64,000 nt of DNA from assembly GCA_031262985.1 (NCBI GenBank), contig JAISGQ010000001.1, forward strand, positions 688 through 64,687. Reading direction: 5' to 3'. Source of the DNA: Oscillospiraceae bacterium. Its GTDB lineage: Bacteria > Bacillota > Clostridia > Oscillospirales > Acutalibacteraceae. The position numbers were made by a program, and so were the translations under genes. This document shows, piece after piece, positions 1 through 8,850 of this stretch (positions are counted from its first letter, which is position 1; every line of letters begins with the position of its first letter). A model generated the notes under the pieces. The model did not search any database. It was not told the origin of the DNA and was given only the letters and a program-made list of their open reading frames with translations.

Positions 1-259
1 TTTTGTCGGCAGGGCGAACGGTCACGTCCTTGTCCTCGACCTCCGGCGTGAGTTCGTCCTGCAAACCGTAGATGTCGATGAAAATGCGGTTGAGTTCTTC
101 TTCGTTGGCTTTGAGGGTGCTGAACCGCTCGTCGCACTCTTTCTCCCACTTATCAAACGCCGCCGCGACGCTCGTACCGCCAATCAGCGGATGCCGCTTG
201 AAATCCCAACTTGTCTCGAATGCGTCCCAGTCGGCACGGGAGAGGGAGACTGTATCGTT
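1..259 (-). pseudogene. 5'-truncated fragment of a PglX / type IIG-like N6-adenine DNA methyltransferase (C-terminal part; continues past the left window edge)
   Basis: The minus-strand frame is open from 259 to 1. It reads DTVSLSRADWDAFETSWDFKRHPLIGG...LKANEEELNRIFIDIYGLQDELTPEVEDKDVTVRPADK. I recall the SWDFKxHPL and ELNRIFIxIYGLQDELTPEV strings from BREX PglX / Eco57I-like methyltransferases. An in-frame TAA lies at 260-262 and there is no start codon, so the 5' part is missing. Confidence 0.5.
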
Positions 260-263
260 TTAA

Positions 264-485
264 CTGACCTTCAACGAGTTCTGGAGTTAGCTCGTAACAA
301 CGAAACCGAGTTTGTAAAACAGATTAAGCGGATAAGCGATGTTGAAAGCGAAAAGGCAATCAAGCAGAGTAAACGCGACTTCAAGCAAAAGAAGAACCGC
401 TCCGCCGCTATCGACAACATCATTCGTAGGCTCTACGAGGACAATGTCGCAGGGAAAGTGAGCGACGAGAGGTTTTTAAAAATCC
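264..485 (+). pseudogene. internal fragment of a large serine recombinase (coiled-coil region only)
   Basis: The translation includes AIDNIIRRLYEDNVAGKVSDERF. This is the characteristic LYEDxVxGKxSDERF motif of Firmicutes large serine recombinases. No catalytic N-terminal domain is present, and the similarity stops near 485 where the sequence becomes the antisense of the acyltransferase remnant. Confidence 0.5.
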
Positions 486-1215
486 GTTTCTCTGCGCTAA
501 AAGGCAGCCTAAAACAGCGGAGGCAAAATACTGAGTTATTTCACTGTTTCCTAAAAATCCTGCATAGTATAAAAAGGCAAAGCCAAACAGACCGATAAGC
601 TTGAATCTTTTGGTAAACGCAAAAACCAGCGGAAAAACAAGCACCAGCACAACCGCCAAGCTCATATACCACCATGTGGCGTTAAATTCAGGGGTTTTCA
701 TCAAATGTGAAAGCCCCAAAAAATCTATCAACGCGAAAACAGGAGAAGTTTTGACTCCGTAAACGTCAAATGGGTTTCTCCCAAAGAAAAAGCCCGAAAT
801 AATTGCAAGAACAAAAATAAACCAAAATCCGCTCATTAAGGATATATACCTGTCAAAAACAAATGCCGAATCTTTTTTTCTCCTCTTTCCATTTTGCATA
901 AGAAAGCGTTAATCCGTAAGAGCTGAGCAGAAAAAATATCGCTACACAAACTTTGCCGAGCTGACCGGTAAATTCTACGACGTCAATACCTCCTACAAAC
1001 ACCGTGGAGTAAAAAGAACCGCCTTGCCAAAAATAATGATGCCACAAGAGCAAACACACCGCAACTCCCTTGCAGGCTAATGTAATCTGCTTGGAGAAAC
1101 CCTTCGGGGCAATATCTTGCTTGTCCTTTGCTATTTTACTCATGCGTATTGTCAGATCCTTATTGTTTAGCGGCGGGAAGTCACTTCTCGCCGCCCTTCG
1201 TTTATCATTCTTCAT
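470..1215 (-). pseudogene. acyltransferase-3 family membrane protein, frameshifted and 3'-truncated
   Basis: Two overlapping minus-strand ORFs (853-1215 and 420-899) are both polytopic and hydrophobic, with motifs LLLWHHYF and NATWWYMSL. They lie in different frames and overlap at 853-899. The C-terminus runs into the recombinase fragment. Confidence 0.45.
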
Positions 1216-1309
1216 TTAAAGCCTCGTTCTCGTTCTCGCAGGAAACAAAAGCATCGTTTTAGCTCAAATGAAAAATGATGAATGATAAGTGATAAATGAT
1301 GAGTAAGAT

Positions 1310-2044
1310 TTACCTCGGCGAAATAGCCTCCGCAATCGCCCTGTACAGTTCATTCCTGTCGTTCGATATATCGTGGTCAAACACGCGTATCCGAACGCTC
1401 GGAATGAGCTTCTTCAGCCTCCCCGCGCTGTACTGCGAGAGGAGGTCTCCCTTCGTGTACCAAAACTCCGTGTACACATCGCCCTTGCCGATTTTCTCCG
1501 ACAGCCCTCTTACAAACGAGAGGGAGGAGAGATACGCGCTGTAGAGGCTCTCCTTCCCGACAAAGGAGGAGTACGCCTTGTCCCGCGCCGCCGTGCTTCC
1601 TACTCCCGCTAATTTGAGGAGGAGGGGAGAGGCGGTGGTGCGGAGCTTATCTGTAACGGCGGTTTTGAGTGCCGCCGCAGGTTTATTGAGTATGCCGAAG
1701 GAGTAGAGCTGCGCGGAATCCATGACGGCTTTTGCGATACGGATTTTCCTGTCGGAGAGGAGCTTGCACACTATGTTAGCTCCCAGCTCCGCGCCGTACA
1801 CGCCGTAGAGCCTGCCGGACAGCTCCTTTCGGACGAAGCTTTCTATCCGCGCGGCGGCGGCGGAGACCGACTTAAATGATGTAGTCTCGAGGTCGTCATA
1901 GCCGTCGAGAGAAACCATGATTACGTGAAAGTCCTCCCACAGAAGGGGAAGAAGCTGCTCGAAGCACTTATCCCAGCCTCGCTTGCTGTCGTGAATGAGC
2001 ATTAGGGTTTTCGCGTCTTTATCTCCGTATTCATAAAATCTCAT
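1310..2044 (-). CDS. alpha/beta-hydrolase-fold-like protein (nucleophile position reads GAELG, Ser not conserved)
   Basis: 244-aa ORF. It has the N-terminal LMLIHDS strand-loop pattern, and GVYGAELGANIV sits where GxSxG would be. The fold assignment is by pattern only. Confidence 0.35.
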   Translation of the reverse strand: MRFYEYGDKDAKTLMLIHDSKRGWDKCFEQLLPLLWEDFHVIMVSLDGYDDLETTSFKSVSAAAARIESFVRKELSGRLYGVYGAELGANIVCKLLSDRKIRIAKAVMDSAQLYSFGILNKPAAALKTAVTDKLRTTASPLLLKLAGVGSTAARDKAYSSFVGKESLYSAYLSSLSFVRGLSEKIGKGDVYTEFWYTKGDLLSQYSAGRLKKLIPSVRIRVFDHDISNDRNELYRAIAEAISPR

Positions 2045-2088
2045 ATGAGATTTGACCTCCCATGGATATTAATTAATATTAAACTGAA

Positions 2089-2500
2089 ATCTGTTGCCAA
2101 AGACTGAGAATTTGGCTCAAGCCTTTGTAAAGGCTTGCGGGTTCTTAGGGTAGCACCCTAAGTCGCCATCCGCAGATGGCGAAATCCTTAATCGTCAGAA
2201 AACGCAGGAGGGGGTAGGAAAAAATGTCCCTAAGGACATTTTTTCCGCAGGGGAACCCTCGTCGGGGGTTCCCCTGTATAGGTCGCCGTGCGACCTATAG
2301 TGCGTCCCCGTTAGGAAGATTGAGGGTTAACACACATTACGTAGGCTACAGGAATTAGCAACAGGGAACAGCATAGCAATAGGCAAGTATAGGGTTTCCC
2401 CGTTAGGCAAACCTGCCTCCCGCTCGCTTTGCGTAGGCTGCTGAAATTAGCGACAGGAACAGCAACCGCGTAGCAATAAGTAACGACCTGTATGCTGTAA
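2089..2500. repeat. multi-hairpin intergenic repeat, copy A (inverted partner at 62225-62630)
   Basis: Six consecutive perfect hairpins lie at 2118-2299 (caagccttt/aaaggcttg, cttagggt/accctaag, tcgccatc/gatggcga, aaaaaatgtcc/ggacatttttt, ggggaaccc/gggttcccc, tataggtcg/cgacctata). They are followed by two diverged units of about 95 bp containing tccccgttagg...gcgtaggct. The reverse complement of 62403-62630 aligns by eye over 2089-2315, with most positions matching. Confidence 0.85.
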
Positions 2501-2549
2501 TTAATACCGATACATCCTGCTGCAATTTTAATCAGCTATTCGCCTCCCC

Positions 2550-3278
2550 CTACTCCTTCGGGGTCATCTGAATCCCTTCACAGCTGTCAACAGGGAGTGA
2601 GATAACTATCCCCTCCGCTTGTGTGCTCATTCCGCAGCGTTTGTTGATGGCGGTCATAAGCTCCTTTTTGTAGCCGCGCGGGACGACAATCGCCACAACC
2701 TCCTTATCCGACTGGAGGGAGATTCCGAAAAACTTAGCCGATTCGCCCAAGTCGGGGCGGTGCGCCTTGATGATAGTGCCGCCTCTCGCTCCCGCCGAAT
2801 GAGCCGCGTCTATAACAGCGTCGCTGTGTCCTTGGTTGACCACAGTCAGAACGAGGTGAAAATGCGATTGCTGAGTGTGCTTCTCCGCTTCCTTATCCAT
2901 AGATTCCATCCGCCTTTCGTTGTGTTTTTCCGTCTCCGCCTCCAGCACACATGAAACCGCCGTACACAATCCCGAAACGGGGAGTGTGAAGGCAATTCCG
3001 TGACCGGGGCTTGTAAGTTCCATCCGCTCTACTACAGCGGTCATGAGCGTCTGTGCTTTTACCTCCGGTTCAATGCACACGCACACGGTTTTTTCCGTGC
3101 CGGAAAAGCCGAACGCCTTTAGTATCTCCGAATTTGCGCTTCCCATAGCACTTAACATGAAGTGAAAATGCGCGTGCTTCTCCCTTAGAAGCTTGCCGAA
3201 ACGGCGGTATTCACTGCGGTCGATTATCGCTACGAGCAGTCTTGGGGAGCTGTCTAAGCTACGAGCGTCATTCATCAT
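2550..3278 (-). CDS. P-II (GlnB-like) family protein with two tandem P-II-like halves, partner of the DUF1538 protein
   Basis: The start was moved to the MMNDARS methionines, which overlap the stop of the upstream gene. It has two beta-alpha-beta halves (LLVAIIDRSEY..., HLVLTVVNQGHSDAVIDAAHSAGARGGTI). The DUF1538 plus P-II gene pair is a known conserved arrangement. Confidence 0.55.
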   Translation of the reverse strand: MMNDARSLDSSPRLLVAIIDRSEYRRFGKLLREKHAHFHFMLSAMGSANSEILKAFGFSGTEKTVCVCIEPEVKAQTLMTAVVERMELTSPGHGIAFTLPVSGLCTAVSCVLEAETEKHNERRMESMDKEAEKHTQQSHFHLVLTVVNQGHSDAVIDAAHSAGARGGTIIKAHRPDLGESAKFFGISLQSDKEVVAIVVPRGYKKELMTAINKRCGMSTQAEGIVISLPVDSCEGIQMTPKE

Positions 3279-4806
3279 TTTCACCGTCCTCATCATCTTC
3301 TTCCATATATTCGATAATCTCTTCCTCGCCACTCTCCTCCTTGAGAGCAGCCGCCGCGAGCGACATTCTTTTCTTGTAGACAACGCCCATAATCTGTATC
3401 GCTATGAGAGGCGTCATAGCTACCATAGCAACAAGACCGAACGCGTCAGTCATTATATCGGCGGGGTTTGCACACGCCCCTATCGCAAAGGGGAGGAGGA
3501 ATGTCGAGGTCATAGGTCCGCTTACCACTCCGCCCGAGTCGAAGGCTATACCTGTAAATATCTTAGGCACAAAGAAGGTGAGCAATACGGCGGCAATGTA
3601 GCCGGGTATGAGGAAATAGTATATCGAAACTCCCGTAAGCACCCTGACCATGGCTATGGAGAGCGAAACTGCCACTCCCACCGAGAGGTAGGTCTGCACC
3701 GCCTTGCCCGGAATCGCGCCGCCCGACACCTCCTCCACCTGCTTCTTGAGGACGTGTACGGCAGGCTCTGCCGCTACGATGAAGTAGCCTATCAACGCAC
3801 CGAGAGGAATGAGCAGCCATTTAAGCTCCGAGCTGCCCAAGTCCGCGCCGAGCAGCTGCCCGACAGGGATAAACCCTACGTTTACTCCCGTCATGAACAG
3901 CACCAAGCCGGCGAGAGTGTAGATAAAGCCTATCAGTATCCGTATGAACCGCCGCATACTGTACCTGCGCGACAGGAGCTGAAACAGCGCGAGTACGGCG
4001 ACTATAGGCCACACGGCGTTAAGTACCTCCACAAAATAGTGGGGGATGTTTTTCATAAATTCGAGCGTTACGTCCCGCGACGACACTATTTCGGGTATCA
4101 CGGGAGCGGCGTACAGCGCGTCTGTAGGACGGTAGCAGATTCCCAAAATGAGTACCGCTAAGATAGGTCCTATACTGCACAGCGCGACAAGCCCGAAGCT
4201 GTCCTCCGCCGACTCCTTGTCTCCTCGCACAGAGGCGAGACCGAGACCCATTGCCATGATAAACGGCACGGTTACAGGTCCTGTGGTTACTCCGCCCGAA
4301 TCGAACGCGACGGCGACGAAATTAGTCGGAGCGAAAATCGACAGCACCATTAAGACAGCATAGCACACTATCAGCATTTTTGAAAGCTTTATTCTGAAAA
4401 TAATCCTCAGCACCGCAAGGACAAGGAACAGCCCAACTCCCGCTGCTACGGTGAAGATGAGAACCTTGTCGGGTATGCCCGGAACGAGCTTTGCCAAGAC
4501 CAGCAAATCAGGCTCGGCTACGGTGATTATTACTCCCATAAAAAAGCTCACGGAGATGACTATGACTATCCTTCGGGTTTTGGTCATTGCCGCGCCTATG
4601 TCCTCGCCCATTGACATGAGCGACATATCCGCGCCTAATGTGAACAGCCCCATTCCTACTATCAGCATGACCGAGCCGAACAGGAAGAGCATGAGCGTGC
4701 CTACCGGCATGGGGGAGAGAACTACGCTGAGCATGAACACGATTATCGTAATCGGAAGCACGGAGTGCAGAGCCTCCGTTGTAGTTTGCCTGAGTTTCTG
4801 CGTCAT
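3268..4806 (-). CDS. DUF1538 family polytopic membrane protein
   Basis: 512 aa, with two internally repeated hydrophobic halves. Each half has FDSGGVTTGP / FDSGGVVSGP motifs and AEPDLLVLA / AEPAVHVL. The C-terminal tail is acidic. Confidence 0.7.
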   Translation of the reverse strand: MTQKLRQTTTEALHSVLPITIIVFMLSVVLSPMPVGTLMLFLFGSVMLIVGMGLFTLGADMSLMSMGEDIGAAMTKTRRIVIVISVSFFMGVIITVAEPDLLVLAKLVPGIPDKVLIFTVAAGVGLFLVLAVLRIIFRIKLSKMLIVCYAVLMVLSIFAPTNFVAVAFDSGGVTTGPVTVPFIMAMGLGLASVRGDKESAEDSFGLVALCSIGPILAVLILGICYRPTDALYAAPVIPEIVSSRDVTLEFMKNIPHYFVEVLNAVWPIVAVLALFQLLSRRYSMRRFIRILIGFIYTLAGLVLFMTGVNVGFIPVGQLLGADLGSSELKWLLIPLGALIGYFIVAAEPAVHVLKKQVEEVSGGAIPGKAVQTYLSVGVAVSLSIAMVRVLTGVSIYYFLIPGYIAAVLLTFFVPKIFTGIAFDSGGVVSGPMTSTFLLPFAIGACANPADIMTDAFGLVAMVAMTPLIAIQIMGVVYKKRMSLAAAALKEESGEEEIIEYMEEDDEDGENDE

Positions 4807-4847
4807 TTAATCACCCCTCTTTCATTGTGTTTGCATTCCTGCTTTCA

Positions 4848-4867
4848 CTATCATATGTATATGATAG
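4848..4867. promoter_or_regulatory. perfect 9-bp inverted repeat (ctatcatat-gt-atatgatag) upstream of the DUF1538 / P-II operon
   Basis: The palindrome lies about 45 nt upstream of the start codon at 4806. It has an operator-like geometry. Confidence 0.3.
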
Positions 4868-4892
4868 CAAATCGGGGAGGAGAAGTCAAATA

Positions 4893-4976
4893 ACAGTTGA
4901 CAGGTGACAGTTGACAGTTGTCCGCCTGCGGGCGGGGCAGTACAGTTGACAAGTGACAGTTGACAGGTGACAGTTA
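4893..4976. repeat. two arrays of tandem heptamers ACAG[T/G]TG (4 + 5 units), each followed by a GC hairpin
   Basis: 4893-4920 reads acagttg acaggtg acagttg acagttg, followed by the hairpin ccgcctgcgggcgg. 4942-4976 reads acagttg acaagtg acagttg acaggtg acagtta, followed by the hairpin ccgccgctgcggcgg. Confidence 0.9.
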
Positions 4977-5285
4977 GGGTACGCCGCTGCGGCGGGGAAA
5001 TGAAAAATGATATTCGCTGTCGCTAATGATGAATGATGAATGAAGGCGAGGCGGGGAAAAGCGCCTCCTACTTCTTGGTGTAAGAGAGGCAGCCCGTAGT
5101 ATTCAACAAGGACGGTACTCCCCGCCGTGATTATATAGCGGAGGTGATGGGCTATAGTTAATTAACTTAGAAAACACCAAGAAAACACGGGCAAAAAGCC
5201 CTGATTTGTGCGGTTTTTGCCCGTGGAGGCTTGATTGTTTTCAAGTTAATTTAGTATATTCCCTTAACTATAATTTTTAAATTAT

Positions 5286-5424
5286 TAGCTTCCCCTCTCT
5301 CCCACATCGAAAAAGGGATTGTTTCACGTGAAACAATCCCTTTGTGCATTTCTTTACGAATTACAAATATTGGAGCAAAAGCCCGTTCCTTAACTGTCAC
5401 CTGTCAACTGTCACCTGTCAACTG
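5286..5424. repeat. module of about 140 bp downstream of genes, copy A (C-rich leader, GTTTCACGTGAAAC hairpin, conserved spacer, inverted heptamer array)
   Basis: It aligns in direct orientation with 18921-19058. It ends with taactgt cacctgt caactgt cacctgt caactg (5391-5424), which is the reverse complement of the 4893-4976 heptamers. Confidence 0.85.
5312..5343 (-). terminator. intrinsic terminator (perfect 32-nt palindrome) downstream of the 5433-6002 gene
   Basis: The palindrome is aaagggattgtttcac/gtgaaacaatcccttt. On the minus strand the GC-containing stem is followed by TTTTTCG, and on the plus strand by TTTGTG, so it may act in both directions. Confidence 0.6.
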
Positions 5425-5432
5425 AATCGTCG

Positions 5433-6002
5433 TCAGACGACAAACTTGTTCCCCTCTATCATCTCCAGCGTCCGTCTCCTGTAGTGGGAGTATATCTCGC
5501 TCCCAGCGGCGATAAACTGCCCGTCGTCCTCCCGCTCGCAGAGCATGGCGAACGACTTGCCCACATTCGCAGCACAGTCGCCTCCGCGCCTGATTGCGAG
5601 GTAGTAGAAGGAGGACGCACCCGACGCACTCATGTAATCGTATATCTCGGGGTCCTCCCGCTTGAGTATGTCGTAGAAGGTGTTGAGCGCGGTTCGCATG
5701 ATGTGCTTGTTGGGCGAATGCTGCTCGATAGTGGAAACTACGGTGAAAATCATCAGCATACGGTACTGAATGAGCATGGTGTCCTTCATGTCGAGGGAGG
5801 CAATTATCCCGCCTTCACCGAGCTTGTCGGTTTCGCTCTGTATGACGGAAACAACCGCCGAACCAAGACGGCGAGCGCGGATAATGTTTCCGTTTTCGAT
5901 TTGCAGCTCTATGCTGTCACTCTCATCCTGTGTCCTGTCTGCTGATTTAATGTCGATTTTTTCTCCTGCTATTTTCATATCGCTGTCGTCGTTTTGAAAC
6001 AA
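5433..6002 (-). CDS. hypothetical protein
   Basis: 189-aa ORF with a TTG start preceded by GGGGAGG. I recognise no motif. Confidence 0.4.
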   Translation of the reverse strand: MFQNDDSDMKIAGEKIDIKSADRTQDESDSIELQIENGNIIRARRLGSAVVSVIQSETDKLGEGGIIASLDMKDTMLIQYRMLMIFTVVSTIEQHSPNKHIMRTALNTFYDILKREDPEIYDYMSASGASSFYYLAIRRGGDCAANVGKSFAMLCEREDDGQFIAAGSEIYSHYRRRTLEMIEGNKFVV

Positions 6003-6150
6003 ATTAAACGCCTCCCCATATTTAGTTATGTAGTGTTAGTTATGTAGTGTTTTATCGCCTGAAAAGTACATTTCCCGCACTTCCCGCTGTGCCGCGTTCT
6101 GCCGCCTGCCGCACTCCGTTTCGCCGCGCTTGGTGCTGTACTCCCCGCGC

Positions 6151-7005
6151 TTATGACATTGCTTTCTCTATCTTCTCCCCTATGGAGATGAGCTTCTCCA
6201 GCTCGGTGTCGGGCATGGTGCAGGTGCCGATTGTTCGCGCCTCCCCGCCGTACATACCGTGAAAATCGGTGCCGCCCGTTTTAAGGAGCTGATACTTGTC
6301 CGCGATTTTGATGAGGTTCTCCGTCTGCTCCTCTGTCGTGCCGGGATACCACACCTCTATGCCGTGCAGCCCCTTCTCGCAAAGCTCGGGGATAATGTCG
6401 AGAGAATCGTATGTATACGGATGCGCCAGCACCGTGACAGTGCCCGAATCGAGGAGGAGCGGAAGCACCTCCATTATGTCGGGGTACTGGGTAGCCGAAT
6501 TACAGCTCCCGTTTTCGCCGAAGAGGGAGTCGTGCAGCTCCCCGAAAATAACATTGTCGTATCCGCAGTTGAGAAGTGCGTGCATGACGTGCTGTTTGAA
6601 TACGTTAGTACTCCCCACGGCGATTTTTGTGACCATATCGACCGTTATGGGATACTGCCGAATAACCTTCGCCAGCTTCTGCTGCATGGCTTTCTTCCGC
6701 GCGTCGCTTGTCCTCTTGCAAAGCCCGACAAGCTTGTCGGGACGGCAGCACATATATCCGAGAAGATGAACCTTTCGTCCTCTTTTGTAGTCATAGCATG
6801 AAAGCTCTATTCCGGGTATAACCTTTACTCCCTGTCGCGCGCCGAGAACCTTCGCTCTGTTAGCTCCCGCGAATGTGTCGTGGTCTGTGATACCAACAGC
6901 TGTAAGTCCGCTGTTTTTCGCTAAAATGACAAGCTCGTCGATACTCGTCGAGCCGTCCGAAATCTTTGTATGGCAATGTAAATCCGCCGGCATAGTGTAT
7001 GCCAC
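6151..7005 (-). CDS. PHP-domain metal-dependent phosphoesterase
   Basis: The N-terminus has DLHCHTKISDGS and GITDHDT. These are the characteristic PHP histidine/aspartate motifs. HP and DFHG motifs follow later in the protein. Confidence 0.7.
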   Translation of the reverse strand: MAYTMPADLHCHTKISDGSTSIDELVILAKNSGLTAVGITDHDTFAGANRAKVLGARQGVKVIPGIELSCYDYKRGRKVHLLGYMCCRPDKLVGLCKRTSDARKKAMQQKLAKVIRQYPITVDMVTKIAVGSTNVFKQHVMHALLNCGYDNVIFGELHDSLFGENGSCNSATQYPDIMEVLPLLLDSGTVTVLAHPYTYDSLDIIPELCEKGLHGIEVWYPGTTEEQTENLIKIADKYQLLKTGGTDFHGMYGGEARTIGTCTMPDTELEKLISIGEKIEKAMS

Positions 7006-7294
7006 CCCCTCAGTCTAACGGCATTGCTTAGTGCATAGTCTACAGCGCGGCAAAAATACCGATTCACTGTAGCCGCAAATACCGCCAATTTAATTATACA
7101 TCAAATATCGGCGCAGGACAAGCACTACTTTTGTATTTTTTCGGAAAATTTGGGGGAGGGGAGATGGGGGCTGCTCCTACTCTGCTTCCATTGAAACTAC
7201 TCCCCGAATCAGAAAACACCTGCATATTCTGCAAGTGTTTTCTTGTTAGGGAGTGAAGTTACGCCTCCCCCTGTTGTTTTCTGCTAATCTCCTG

Positions 7295-7522
7295 CTACCC
7301 CTTAAAATTGCTGATAGCCTTCCTGACGTCGTTGAGATACTGCGGCTTGATGAGGGAGATTGCCGCAGGAGTAATGCTCATGATATACGCCTGATTAAGT
7401 CCTCCCCGCTCCTGCCGCGCTATGACCTCATCTATGAGCTTTTGCGCCTCGCGCTGTTTGCCGTCTTTTACACGCGCTAAAATATAGCTGACAAGCTGTT
7501 CCTTGTTCATGCTTTCCACCAT
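7295..7522 (-). CDS. small hypothetical protein
   Basis: 75-aa ORF. It is followed by a hairpin plus T-tract at about 7213-7243 on the minus strand. Confidence 0.3.
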   Translation of the reverse strand: MVESMNKEQLVSYILARVKDGKQREAQKLIDEVIARQERGGLNQAYIMSITPAAISLIKPQYLNDVRKAISNFKG

Positions 7523-7633
7523 CCTTTAGATATTGCTCCCCCATTGTTCCCAAATAGGAGTATATACATATTATGCTCCTGCGAAAAGTCAGGTGACAGG
7601 GGAGGAGCAGTTTCGTTCGTGCCGCTGTTCATT

Positions 7634-8176
7634 CTAAAAAAGCGTCCTGATAAATTCCTTAAAAAGTATACGCATAATTTCGCTAAACTCTTCGCCTAAC
7701 ATTAAAAATTTTATGACATCACCAAAGCACATAACAGTCGCTTCGCCCCAATTCCAAATCACGAAAATGGAGATAATCAGATCGGTGATACCCGCAACTA
7801 TTCTCTTTCTCGCAATCGTAACTATAGCGGCGATTAGCCCCGTAAGCATAAGCTGTATTCCGATAACAGGAATCCACCATAAAAACAAGCTGAAAACAGA
7901 TGCCAAAAAGCTTATCTCCCCCAAGTCACTGCCCTTCTTCTTTGCGGCAAGGAGGAGCAGTTCGGGAGTAACGGAAGACGTAGCAACTTCCTCAACTACG
8001 GGGTCTGTTTCGACTGAGGGGTCAGTTTCGACTGCGGAGGCTTCCTCGGGAGTTGCCACCGCTTCCTCTGCTGCGGGGGCTTCGGGAACTACAGGGGCTT
8101 CTTCTGCTGTAGGAGCAACCTCGGCGACCTCCTCGGGAGCCGCGTCTATCTCAGGGATTATAGGATTATTTTCCAT
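7634..8176 (-). CDS. membrane protein, paralog 1 of 3: MENNPIIPE N-terminus, Pro/Glu/Val/Ala-rich spacer, C-terminal TM bundle
   Basis: It shares its leader DNA, its first residues and its architecture with 8259-8675 and 8851-9480. Confidence 0.55.
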   Translation of the reverse strand: MENNPIIPEIDAAPEEVAEVAPTAEEAPVVPEAPAAEEAVATPEEASAVETDPSVETDPVVEEVATSSVTPELLLLAAKKKGSDLGEISFLASVFSLFLWWIPVIGIQLMLTGLIAAIVTIARKRIVAGITDLIISIFVIWNWGEATVMCFGDVIKFLMLGEEFSEIMRILFKEFIRTLF

Positions 8177-8258
8177 TTTGCAAACCTCACTCTCACTTAA
8201 TTTACAGTAATTTTACCGATCTCTAATATCAAACTTATACTGATTCCAATTAGAAGTG

Positions 8259-8675
8259 TCAGACGAATATTTCCCTGTACAGCTCCAAAAGCTCATGAGG
8301 GCTTTCGATAGTAAAGAATGTCATACTGATATAACACACTATAATTGTAATTACAACGCAAGTAAAAAAACCGACAAGGGAGAGGACGAGGGCGGAAAAT
8401 CTTGCATTTGTTCTCCTCCTCACAAGCGCGACGATAGAGCAGATGAAGCCTATCAGCGGCAGGATAGCACCTGCAATCGGAATCCATGACAAAATCAAGC
8501 CGATAATAGATGTCACAAGTCCTGTCACCGCCGCGCCCTTGCCCTTCTTCTCGGGCTTGCCCTCTGCGGGAGGTGTAGCAACTTCCCCTACTGCGGGAGC
8601 TTCCTCTACTACGGGAGCTACTTCCTCTGCTATGGGAGCAACCTCAACCTCGGGGATGGTGGGATTATTTTCCAT
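8259..8675 (-). CDS. membrane protein, paralog 2 of 3 (DUF4190-like C-terminal TM region)
   Basis: The start was set at MENNPTIPE, preceded by gagagtgag. The motif KKGKGAAVTGLVTSIIGLILSWIPIAGAILPLIGFICSIVAL is nearly identical in paralog 3. Confidence 0.6.
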   Translation of the reverse strand: MENNPTIPEVEVAPIAEEVAPVVEEAPAVGEVATPPAEGKPEKKGKGAAVTGLVTSIIGLILSWIPIAGAILPLIGFICSIVALVRRRTNARFSALVLSLVGFFTCVVITIIVCYISMTFFTIESPHELLELYREIFV

Positions 8676-8850
8676 TTTGCAAAATCTCACTCTCATTGAA
8701 TTTATTCTAATTCTACAGCGCGTTCACAGATTTGTCAATGTTTCATATATTTTTTGCACATACGCACAACAAACAGCGGCAGTTTGCACCGCCGCTGTTT
8801 GTGTTATTCGCTATTTGGTTTGTCTTTACCGAATGACACTTGTCACCCGA

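Noticed and set aside
3193-4161. 322-aa plus-strand ORF
   Set aside because: It lies entirely antisense to the well-supported DUF1538 membrane-protein gene. Its Arg/His/Tyr-rich composition is typical of the reverse frame of a GC-rich hydrophobic gene, and it has no RBS.
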